IMG/VR virus record: IMGVR_UViG_3300017917_001342
Location: 124,001 to 188,000 of that record
Direction: 5' to 3' (one strand)
Length of the DNA stretch: 64,000 bases
Shown here: positions 7,531 through 15,300 of the stretch, piece by piece
Layout of the letters: every line of letters begins with the position of its first letter
Numbering within the stretch: position 1 is the stretch's first letter
Position numbers and translations under genes: made by a program
Notes under the pieces: generated by a model
What the model saw: the letters and a program-made list of their open reading frames with translations, nothing else
Told to the model about the DNA's origin: nothing
Database searches by the model: none

Positions 7531-7612
7531 GCTCACGTATCCCCCTCCGCTACGAACGGAGAGTCAGGTAATTGGATGGAAGATGGGGGTTCGAGTCCCT
7601 CCGTGAGTACCA
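7531..7612 (+). tRNA. atypical D-armless tRNA-Arg(ACG)
   Basis: GCTCACG/CGTGAGT, CTCCG-CTACGAA-CGGAG directly after a 7-nt linker, 23-nt variable region, T arm, ACCA. Confidence 0.7.
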
Positions 7613-7812
7613 TATAAAGGAGAATGCACTATGCATGGTTATCAATATCTATTGCCAGCATGTTTGATAGCATGGGCTGTTGCTGTTGTCACACTGTTTC
7701 AATGGCCGCCCTGTGCTAAAATGTATTGGGCAACAGATCAACGATTGAATTGTGTATTGACATCCTGGCACGGTCCTGTACTAAACAATGGTACGTGGAC
7801 CTGGTAAATTTT

Positions 7813-7902
7813 GGACGGTTGTTAGAGTGGTTGATTATACGCCCCTGGAAAGGGCGTCTGGATGAAAGTCCAGCGGGGGTTCGAATCCCTCACCGTCCGC
7901 CA
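7813..7902 (+). tRNA. tRNA-Ser(GGA)
   Basis: CGCCC-CTGGAAA-GGGCG, long variable arm. Confidence 0.92.
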
Positions 7903-7924
7903 TTGATTAGTGAAAGGGCATATT

Positions 7925-8116
7925 ATGAAAATCATTGGATTTAAGAAAGGTGCTAACTCAATTAATGCTATAAAATCAGTAAGAAACCATACAGGTATGA
8001 GTCTTGCAGAAAGCAAACGTCTTATTGAAAGTGTACTCGAAGGTAAAATGGTAACACTTGATGAAGACATTGTGCTACGTGAAGAATTAACAGATCAGCT
8101 TTTTATTGTACATTGA
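7925..8116 (+). CDS. ribosomal protein L7/L12 C-terminal-domain-like protein
   Basis: GANSINAIKSVRNHTGMSLAESKRLIES aligns with [28 protein letters not shown] of bL12. Confidence 0.7.
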   Translation: MKIIGFKKGANSINAIKSVRNHTGMSLAESKRLIESVLEGKMVTLDEDIVLREELTDQLFIVH

Positions 8117-8168
8117 TTTTGTTCTTTGAAACGGTTAGCGAAAACAGATAAAACAATTCTGTTTTCAT

Positions 8169-8252
8169 CTATACACAAGGCGTAGGCCGCGCCGATGTTA
8201 TGGAAACAGGTTGGCATCAGCCGACTAGGTGGTTCGATTCCACAGTGTATAG
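8169..8252 (+). ncRNA. tRNA-like core on an extended stem, no CCA
   Basis: CTATACAC/GTGTATAG, D-like GGCG/CGCC, GATGTT/GGCATC arm, GTGG-TTCGATT-CCAC. Confidence 0.5.
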
Positions 8253-8267
8253 TTGAAAACGGAATAT

Positions 8268-8342
8268 TGGGGATTAGCCAAGTGGTAAGGCACCGGACTT
8301 TGATTCCGGCATACGGAGGTTCGACCCCTCCATCCCCAGCCA
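8268..8342 (+). tRNA. tRNA-Gln(TTG)
   Basis: CCGGA-CTTTGAT-TCCGG. Confidence 0.93.
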
Positions 8343-8348
8343 AATACT

Positions 8349-8423
8349 GCGCCGGTAGCTCAGAGGCAGAGCAGGGAGCTCTTAACTCCAAGGTCGGGAT
8401 TTCGAAATTCCCCCGGCACACCA
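8349..8423 (+). tRNA. tRNA-Lys(CTT)
   Basis: GGAG-CTCTTAA-CTCC. Confidence 0.88.
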
Positions 8424-8428
8424 ATCTA

Positions 8429-8539
8429 GGGCTGTTACGTCAAACGGACAACACTGGGGCCTGTGTAATACCAAGACAGTAATGTCCTCTGGAGTCAGAT
8501 AACCTTGGGATATCGGTTCGATCCCGATACAGTCCACCA
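8429..8539 (+). ncRNA. 111-nt CCA-ended tRNA/tmRNA-TLD-like RNA with G3.U70
   Basis: GGGCTGT/ACAGTCC-ACCA, ATCGG-TTCGATC-CCGAT, two internal hairpins. Confidence 0.65.
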
Positions 8540-8696
8540 TTGATAAGCTGTATCTCTAGGGTTAGAGAGAACAGGGCAGAGTGGGTGAAGCGGGGTTCGA
8601 GTCCCCAAACGATGAGGTTCGACTCCAAATCGTGCAGGTGCAATAGACCGCTGTTTTGATCACTAAATATTCCTGTTAACAACAGGAGTGTTTAAC

Positions 8697-8894
8697 ATGG
8701 AGTTTCTAAAAGGTTATAAAACTGTAATTTTTAACGTATTAGTATTAATTGCAGGGCTAGCACAAATAACAGATCTTGTTCAATTAGTTGCACCAGAATA
8801 TCTGCCAGCAGTAACGTTAGCAGTTGCAGTTGCAAATCTAATACTGCGTTGGGCAACTGATACTGGAATTTTTAAAACTACACCAACTGTGTGA
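8697..8894 (+). CDS. small two-TM holin-like protein
   Basis: KGYKTVIFN...ANLILRWATDT, AGGAG RBS, TAAATA upstream. Confidence 0.55.
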   Translation: MEFLKGYKTVIFNVLVLIAGLAQITDLVQLVAPEYLPAVTLAVAVANLILRWATDTGIFKTTPTV

Positions 8895-9082
8895 TTTAGA
8901 AGGTAAGAACAAAAGGGTAGCGGGCCGTGTGCCTACAGAGATGATGCTCTGCCGAGTAGGGACTACTGAAAGCTGTTTTAAGGTGTCAGCGACAAACCTT
9001 ATTTTTTTACAAAATCATCATTGACAAGTTAGATCAACTAGTATAGTTACAGTGTTGTAGAAACACACTAGGAGATACTACA

Positions 9083-9430
9083 ATGCCTTGCAGAGTTGAC
9101 GAAGACTGGGACACTACGCCGCGCCGCGTTGAACGTCACGGGATGGAACTTGCAGACTTTGAAGCTGCACTGTGCGGCGTTTTTACTGCCATTGAGCGGT
9201 GGGGTAATGATACTACCATTGAAGGTCGACTTAAACAGATGCTCGACAAAGTTGATTGGGATGAAGCTGGCGTCCGGCGCAAGACTGTTGAGACCTGGTG
9301 GAAAAAGCATAAAAAAGAAGACGAAGAACGCCGCGTTCGCGAAGCTGCTGCTCGTCGCAAAGAAGAACTCAAAGCTGCTGCAATCAGCAAGCTTTCTATG
9401 GAAGAACGTGCGGCGCTTGGTCTGCTGTAA
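9083..9430 (+). CDS. hypothetical protein with charged C-terminal helix
   Basis: TTGACA promoter and AGGAG RBS upstream. Confidence 0.7.
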   Translation: MPCRVDEDWDTTPRRVERHGMELADFEAALCGVFTAIERWGNDTTIEGRLKQMLDKVDWDEAGVRRKTVETWWKKHKKEDEERRVREAAARRKEELKAAAISKLSMEERAALGLL

Positions 9431-9457
9431 TAAAAACAATATAAGAAAGGTAGACGC

Positions 9458-9973
9458 ATGAAATACTTGGCATTTTTAGACATAGATGGCGTGTTTACGT
9501 CCAACCGTGTGCAATATGCGTCTGCCAATCCCAACGATATGTGGAATAAGTTTGATCCTATTGCAGTAGACTTTATGAACAAGCTTCACGATCGCGTAGA
9601 CGATTTGCATTTTGTTCTGATCTCTACATGGAAAGAATATCTGCGCGAAGCCGATGAGCAAACGTCACATTGGATAATTGCTGCATTTCGTAACGCAGGC
9701 TTCCGCGGCGAGTTTGCTTCGCCGTGGAAAACTAACCCAGAAAACTTCCCACGTTTTTATGAGCGTGGTATGACTCGTGCAAATGAAATCAAAGAATATC
9801 TTGAAGTCTATGCACCTAGTAACAAAGACTACATTATCTTTGATGATAATGATTACGGGTTTGAAAAGGTACTCGGTAAAAAACGTTGGGTGCATACAGA
9901 CCATGAAAACGGCATCCTTTGGAAACATCAACAACATGCAATGAGCATTGTTGGCCAGTGGGATCCAAAATAA
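9458..9973 (+). CDS. HAD-superfamily phosphatase (Swiss-army-knife RNA-repair type, HAD_SAK_2-like)
   Basis: FLDIDGV, LISTWK, YIIFDD motifs. Confidence 0.75.
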   Translation: MKYLAFLDIDGVFTSNRVQYASANPNDMWNKFDPIAVDFMNKLHDRVDDLHFVLISTWKEYLREADEQTSHWIIAAFRNAGFRGEFASPWKTNPENFPRFYERGMTRANEIKEYLEVYAPSNKDYIIFDDNDYGFEKVLGKKRWVHTDHENGILWKHQQHAMSIVGQWDPK

Positions 9974-9976
9974 TCT

Positions 9977-10050
9977 GCTCTAATGGTGTAGTGATAACGC
10001 AGGTCCTTGGTACGGACCAATCTCAGGTTTGATTCCTGGTTAGAGCACCA
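9977..10050 (+). tRNA. tRNA-Thr(GGT)
   Basis: GGTCC-TTGGTAC-GGACC, ACCA. Confidence 0.85.
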
Positions 10051-10055
10051 AAATA

Positions 10056-10270
10056 AAGTATCAGAAGGTTGGCTTAGAAGCAGCACATCCTTTAAAGAGT
10101 GGAACGAAGTACCACAGGAGCGAAAGATGCTATGTCGTACTGCATTGCAAGTGGCATAGTAAGATAGCTAAGTGGGAAAATACGGATAGCAACAGAGTCC
10201 CCAGAGAATACAATGGTATTACAACTGTAAGGCAACTGTTTTCCTTTGGCGTAACAGCACACTGATACTT
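10056..10270 (+). ncRNA. 23S rRNA H42-H44 (L11/GTPase-associated centre) mimic with ~150-nt insert
   Basis: AAGTATCAG/CTGATACTT stem enclosing AAGGTTGGCTTAGAAGCAGCACATCCTTTAAAGAGT ... GCGTAACAGCACA. Confidence 0.75.
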
Positions 10271-10566
10271 AGAATTCGAACGTCGTAAAGGGCATTGATG
10301 TGAAGCTGTAAACTCAGTTTAACAAGCGAAGAACCTATGGACGGTGGCATTGGTCTATGACTTGGCCATGAATGAGATCTTGAAAAATTAGATACTGGGA
10401 ACCTTTTAAGCTAACCGGGAGCCGCTATCATTCACGTTCGATTATAAGAATGCTCCTTGCTGTGTTCTGCACATTTCACGGCGAGGGAAGGGGGACAGTG
10501 CAGGTCCCCCGAGAGATTTGACAAACCGTACTGTTTACAGTAATCTATAAAAAAGATAGGCACAAT

Positions 10567-11016
10567 ATGAAGATCGAATATCGCAAAGGCAACCTGTTTG
10601 ATACCGACATACTGCACATTGTACACGGTTGCAATGCACAGGGTGTAATGGGATCCGGTGTTGCTAAAATTGTCAAAGAACAGTACTTCGATGCATTTAA
10701 GTTCTATGCAGAACAGTATGATGAATCAGGTCTTAAACTAGGCGATGTTCAGTTTGTACCATCTAACGGTAAAGTAATTGTCAACGCTATTACTCAAGAA
10801 AATTTCGGTCGCGATGGTAAACGCTATGTCGACTATAATGCGATTACCGCTGCAATGACTACAATCAATCGCGTATTAAAACTCGGTGGATACACAGAAG
10901 TTGCTATGCCACAAATTGGTGCCGGTTTAGGCGGCGGCGATTGGGATAATGTTATTTCAGGATTAATTGAATACGCAATGACTGATGTTAAACCTGTGGT
11001 TTATGTTTTAGAATAA
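10567..11016 (+). CDS. macro domain protein (ADP-ribose processing)
   Basis: KGNLF, HGCNAQGVMGSGVA, MPQIGAGLGGGDW. Confidence 0.9.
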   Translation: MKIEYRKGNLFDTDILHIVHGCNAQGVMGSGVAKIVKEQYFDAFKFYAEQYDESGLKLGDVQFVPSNGKVIVNAITQENFGRDGKRYVDYNAITAAMTTINRVLKLGGYTEVAMPQIGAGLGGGDWDNVISGLIEYAMTDVKPVVYVLE

Positions 11017-11072
11017 ACTATACAAACAATCATATAGATCATAAAATGTGTTAGACTTATGGAGTTTAACAC

Positions 11073-12017
11073 ATGGCTAGTTTACTAGACCCTGCAATAT
11101 TGTTTTTTATATTTGGTATTTTTGCGGGTTTGATTAAATCAAATCTAGCCATACCAGAACAGATTTCTAAATTTCTATCACTGTATTTGCTAATGGCATT
11201 AGGCCTTAAAGGTGGTTTTGCATTAGCTGCAAATGGCTTTACAGGCGAAATTGCATCGGTAATAGCAATAGGTTTACTATTAGCATTTGCTGTACCTATA
11301 TTAGGATATGCTGTGCTACGAACCAAATTAAATGGTTTTGACGCCGCAGCAGTTGCAGCAACTTACGGTTCAGTAAGTGCCGTCACATTTGTTACTGCAA
11401 CTCAATACTTGTCTATGGTTAACGTAGAATATGGCAGTTACATGGCAGCAGTAATGGCACTGATGGAATCACCTGCTATCATCATGGCTGTGGCATTAGC
11501 AGCGTATATCAGAGCAAGTAAGAGCGTTAGCATTAAACATGTATTGCACGAAAGCTTTACAGATGGTGCTCACATATTGCTGTTAGCAGCATTGGCTATT
11601 GGTTTTGTAACAGGTGCTAGTGGCGAAACAGTAATGAAACCATTTGTTGGTGACCTATTCAAAGGGCTGTTGGCATTCTTCCTGTTAGACATGGGACTAC
11701 AAGTTGCCAAGCGCATACCAGAACTTAGAGATAAAAGCATTGCATTGATAGTATATGCTGTTGCGTCTCCTATAGTTCATAGTATACTTGCATTAACACT
11801 GGCAGTGCTGTTTGGTGTATCTGTAGGCAACGCAATACTGTTAATGGTACTTGCTGCTAGTGCAAGTTACATTGCAGTACCAGCCGTATTAAAATTTGCC
11901 ATACCAGAAGCTAACCCTAGTGTTTACTTTGGATTGAGTTTAGGTATTACGTTCCCCTTTAACGTGCTAATAGGTATACCGTTGTATCATTGGCTAGCAT
12001 CATTAGTGATTGGATAA
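11073..12017 (+). CDS. sbtA: sodium-dependent bicarbonate transport family permease
   Basis: LLDPAILFF...SLYLLMALGLKGG, AATYGSVSAVTF, ASASYIAVPA. Confidence 0.85.
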   Translation: MASLLDPAILFFIFGIFAGLIKSNLAIPEQISKFLSLYLLMALGLKGGFALAANGFTGEIASVIAIGLLLAFAVPILGYAVLRTKLNGFDAAAVAATYGSVSAVTFVTATQYLSMVNVEYGSYMAAVMALMESPAIIMAVALAAYIRASKSVSIKHVLHESFTDGAHILLLAALAIGFVTGASGETVMKPFVGDLFKGLLAFFLLDMGLQVAKRIPELRDKSIALIVYAVASPIVHSILALTLAVLFGVSVGNAILLMVLAASASYIAVPAVLKFAIPEANPSVYFGLSLGITFPFNVLIGIPLYHWLASLVIG

Positions 12018-12020
12018 CAA

Positions 12021-12116
12021 ATGAAATACATTCTAAAATTCTTCGCTACATCGACATCGGGTGATAAGAGTTCACACAGACTCTATACTACTAGGTATGA
12101 GGATCTCTGCCAATGA
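12021..12116 (+). CDS. 31-aa ORF translationally coupled (ATGA overlap) to AOX
   Basis: MKYILKFF...YTTRYEDLCQ; stop overlaps the AOX start. Confidence 0.45.
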   Translation: MKYILKFFATSTSGDKSSHRLYTTRYEDLCQ

Positions 12117-12715
12117 CAGAGCCACAACCAAAAGACTTTAGCGATAGATTTGCTTATAGTTTAACTATGTTCTTTCGTTGGTTTGCTGATACATTTTTTG
12201 CAAAACGCTACGGACACCGTGCAGTGGTTTTAGAAACTGTTGCCGGTGTACCCGGTATGGTTGCAGGCATGTGGCAGCATCTGCGCAGTCTACGTAAAAT
12301 GGAACCAGACAAGCGTGGATGGATTCACACACTGTTAGCAGAAGCTGAAAATGAACGTATGCATTTGATGATCTTTATTGAAATTGCAAAACCAAATTGG
12401 TTTGAACGATTGATTGTAATGTTTGCACAGTTTGTGTTTTGGCATTTCTATTTTGTGCTGTATGTGTTTTTTCCAAAAACTGCACATCGCATGGTTGGAT
12501 ACTTTGAAAATCAAGCAGTTGTAAGTTATACACATTACCTGGAAGAAATTGATGCAGGTCGAGCAGAAAACATACCTGCTCCTAAAATTGCAATTGATTA
12601 CTATCACTTGCATCCCGACGCAAGGTTACGTGATGTTGTTATCGCAGTGCGATTAGATGAACAAGGTCATGCAGATGTTAATCACAGCATGGCAAATGAA
12701 TTAAGCAACGTTTGA
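12113..12715 (+). CDS. aox: alternative oxidase
   Basis: LETVAGVPGMV, EAENERMHL, ENQAVVSY, DEQGH di-iron motifs. Confidence 0.93.
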   Translation: MTEPQPKDFSDRFAYSLTMFFRWFADTFFAKRYGHRAVVLETVAGVPGMVAGMWQHLRSLRKMEPDKRGWIHTLLAEAENERMHLMIFIEIAKPNWFERLIVMFAQFVFWHFYFVLYVFFPKTAHRMVGYFENQAVVSYTHYLEEIDAGRAENIPAPKIAIDYYHLHPDARLRDVVIAVRLDEQGHADVNHSMANELSNV

Positions 12716-12721
12716 TACAAT

Positions 12722-12799
12722 GCTTCCGTAGCTCAATGGAATTAGAGTAGCGAGCTTCTACCTCGTTGGTTGTGGGTTCGAGTCCTACCGGGAGCACCA
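12722..12799 (+). tRNA. tRNA-Arg(TCT)
   Basis: GCGAG-CTTCTAC-CTCGT. Confidence 0.9.
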
Positions 12800-13027
12800 A
12801 TATACTAAAGGATTACCCATCGTCCTCCCGCAAGGGTTTATATATGAGGTTGACTAGAGTGGCGTTTAGTTAGTAGCAGACTTCTAAAACTAGAGAGGTC
12901 ACTGGTGTTGTTCGAAATGACAACTAGGTAGCTGGCGCCGAATAAAGCCAGCACACTAAATTTTTACTGTTGACAACCTAGACATTGTGTTGCAGTATAG
13001 TGTACAGATTTTCGAAAAGGAAAACTT

Positions 13028-13240
13028 ATGGAACTGATCTTTTTTCTCATTGGCATTGCACTGGTTGCATGGCTAAATCACTATCTTGCTACACAGCGCG
13101 GTCGTAACGCAGTGGGTTGGGCTATTGCGGGTGCAATTTTTGGCATTCTGTCAACAGTGCTATTGCTTATCCTAGGCAAGACTGAAGCACGTGAAGTTGA
13201 AATTACAAGCAAAGCAATCAACACTGCTAACAAAAACTAA
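13028..13240 (+). CDS. small membrane protein
   Basis: two hydrophobic segments, RGRNAVGW loop. Confidence 0.7.
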   Translation: MELIFFLIGIALVAWLNHYLATQRGRNAVGWAIAGAIFGILSTVLLLILGKTEAREVEITSKAINTANKN

Positions 13241-13371
13241 TAGAAAAACGGCAACGGCTTCTGGTACACCGGTTAACATTCCGAGAAGAAGTGCGGGCTA
13301 GCGTGATTGAATGTGGTAGGAGTAATTACCCTGCCTACATGAGCGCCAAGTGCATAGTTGCCACCAATTTT

Positions 13372-13477
13372 GCTGGGTATGGCATGGTGCTGCTGAAGAG
13401 GTTGATCACTCCAAGGCGAAGTAGAGAAATGAAACGCTCAAGTGCTTCATCCCGTTCGAATCGGACGCCCGGCGCCA
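13372..13477 (+). ncRNA. CCA-ended tRNA-like RNA with ~46-nt structured insert in the anticodon loop
   Basis: GCTGGGT/GCCCGGC-GCCA, TGAAG/CTTCA stem, TTCGAAT loop. Confidence 0.55.
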
Positions 13478-13492
13478 TTTAAGGAAATTACA

Positions 13493-13777
13493 ATGGAAGA
13501 ATTGCTTAATGCACATAGGTTTATGATGCGTAGATACAAGTCTATCATCTTAAACCGCAAACTAGAAGATCAAGAGTTTTTAGTAAACTTCTGTGATACT
13601 GCGCAGACTTTAACCAATCCAGACAAACTTAGCCGCTGGGTTGGTTACATACAAGGCATACTGATTGAACGCAAGATAATAGATACAGATTTTGAACGCG
13701 ATGTTAGTAGAGAAATCTACAAACCAATCTATGAACGGTTAGGTTACGATAGTTCAACAGTTGAGGTAACAAAATAA
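13493..13777 (+). CDS. hypothetical protein
   Basis: AAGGA RBS; KLSRWVGYIQG motif. Confidence 0.65.
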   Translation: MEELLNAHRFMMRRYKSIILNRKLEDQEFLVNFCDTAQTLTNPDKLSRWVGYIQGILIERKIIDTDFERDVSREIYKPIYERLGYDSSTVEVTK

Positions 13778-13783
13778 TTTAAC

Positions 13784-14059
13784 ATGCTGCAAACATATTT
13801 TGATCCTGTAACAGTTAATGGCACTGTATATCATCTTAGTACACACGGTGTTGTATTGGAAAGTGCAATAAAACAGAATGAAATACAGCTTGTGCCTGTT
13901 ATGCGTGTTTATGTAACTATCAATGGTGTTACACACAAACTGCATAATAAAGTTTGTTTTTATGACACGGAAGAAATATCATCAATGGATCTTTTTAAAG
14001 TTCAAAATGACTTTTATGCCAATGTTCAACAAGAAATAAAACACATTTTGTTAAACTAA
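13784..14059 (+). CDS. hypothetical protein
   Basis: operon spacing. Confidence 0.55.
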   Translation: MLQTYFDPVTVNGTVYHLSTHGVVLESAIKQNEIQLVPVMRVYVTINGVTHKLHNKVCFYDTEEISSMDLFKVQNDFYANVQQEIKHILLN

Positions 14060-14114
14060 CTATTGACACCAATCACAGTCCTATGCTATGTAAACTCAAG
14101 CAAAGGAGAACGTC

Positions 14115-14429
14115 ATGGGTTATGCATTTGAAAACTACTATCGCGGTGAGTTTGAGAATCACCGAGTTGAGATTTTCATTGGACGCGATTTGGACCTTGA
14201 TGTACTCAATGCTACCGGTGATGTTGTACCAGGTCGTATCAGAGACACACAGCTTTATGTTGATCTTGTGATTAACGGCGAAGTGTTGAAAGAAGATACT
14301 GTGTACGGTGATATTGTTGCTGGCGAGTTTCTGCGTGATGCAATTGGCTATGGGCCTGCAAAGGACATGCTTACAAAAATGAATCTACCTAAAAACAGCC
14401 TTATGTGGCGGCTAGGACAAAAGAGTTAA
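14115..14429 (+). CDS. hypothetical protein
   Basis: TTGACA promoter, AAGGAG RBS. Confidence 0.7.
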   Translation: MGYAFENYYRGEFENHRVEIFIGRDLDLDVLNATGDVVPGRIRDTQLYVDLVINGEVLKEDTVYGDIVAGEFLRDAIGYGPAKDMLTKMNLPKNSLMWRLGQKS

Positions 14430-14432
14430 ATT

Positions 14433-14777
14433 ATGCGATTGGTTAATCGTCCGTTGGCAGAAATACAAAATAAAACGCCCGAACTTGCACGTGATATAAT
14501 CGAATGCATTTTTTCCAATTGGTTTGTTTACCATAAAAACAGCAAGACATTTACACGAATTCCCGTTATCAGATATGCAAATAATGATGCAAATATCAGC
14601 ATGGGATATTGCGCTGCTGAAAAAGCAGTATGGATAGCAGCAAGTAGTCCTAATGTAACTGCTCGCGATTTGCTACTAGTATGGCAGCTAACATTAGTTA
14701 AACACCAGATGTCATTACGTATTGACAATGTGCTTAAAAGCTGCTATAAACAGCTAGATAATTTGACAACGCCGTAA
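14433..14777 (+). CDS. hypothetical protein
   Basis: operon spacing. Confidence 0.55.
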   Translation: MRLVNRPLAEIQNKTPELARDIIECIFSNWFVYHKNSKTFTRIPVIRYANNDANISMGYCAAEKAVWIAASSPNVTARDLLLVWQLTLVKHQMSLRIDNVLKSCYKQLDNLTTP

Positions 14778-14787
14778 GGCTTAAAAT

Positions 14788-14863
14788 CCTGACTTAGTGA
14801 TAGCGGTTAGCACGTCGGTCTGTGGAACCGATAGGGGTGGTTCGAATCCACCAGTCAGGACCA
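14788..14863 (+). tRNA. tRNA-His(GTG), A73 and no genomic G-1
   Basis: TCGGT-CTGTGGA-ACCGA; CCTGACT/AGTCAGG-ACCA. Confidence 0.88.
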
Positions 14864-14879
14864 ATAAACGGAGCATGAA

Positions 14880-15212
14880 ATGACTGCTGAAATGACAGAT
14901 GCACAAGTCGAATCAACTCTAATCAACATTGCCCTTGAAAAAGGCAATGATGATAAAGCTATAGTTGATTGGTTTTTGGCATTGCCTAATGAAACTAGGA
15001 CGCGAATTGGAAAATTTATCAGCGATGCAAATAACCGCGAAGGTTTCTATCCAGCATGGCAAGTTGAATACATGCGCATCAAACGTGATGTTCATGGTAA
15101 AAACATTTTTGTTCCTAAGAATCCAGAACTGTGGAAAGACTATTGGAACAAGCCCGGGTCAGCACCACAAGGCCATGTCGAATCTTTGCCGCGCACTGCG
15201 GTAAATAGTTGA
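14880..15212 (+). CDS. hypothetical protein
   Basis: GGAG RBS. Confidence 0.65.
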   Translation: MTAEMTDAQVESTLINIALEKGNDDKAIVDWFLALPNETRTRIGKFISDANNREGFYPAWQVEYMRIKRDVHGKNIFVPKNPELWKDYWNKPGSAPQGHVESLPRTAVNS

Positions 15213-15222
15213 TAGAATACGT

Positions 15223-15296
15223 AGGGGTGTGGTGAAATGGTATCACAGAAGTCTCCAAAACTTTTAGCGGGGGTTCGATTCCCTCCACCCCTGCCA
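15223..15296 (+). tRNA. tRNA-Trp(CCA)
   Basis: GAAGT-CTCCAAA-ACTTT, GCCA. Confidence 0.9.
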
Positions 15297-15300
15297 TAAC

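Noticed and set aside
4-8682. Many ORF-track entries overlapping tRNAs or ncRNAs (e.g. 4-309, 313-501, 1314-1505, 1708-2073, 7726-7944, 8095-8424, 8195-8482, 8440-8682)
   Set aside because: They are shadow frames across RNA genes, with no RBS and no protein-like composition.
10056-10270. True rRNA gene or host rrn contamination
   Set aside because: Only ~57 nt match, split by a non-rRNA insert and closed by its own stem within phage context.
12853-12930. Degenerate tRNA-like sequence with CTTCTAAAA and GTTGT-TCGAAATG-ACAAC
   Set aside because: I could not build consistent acceptor and anticodon stems.
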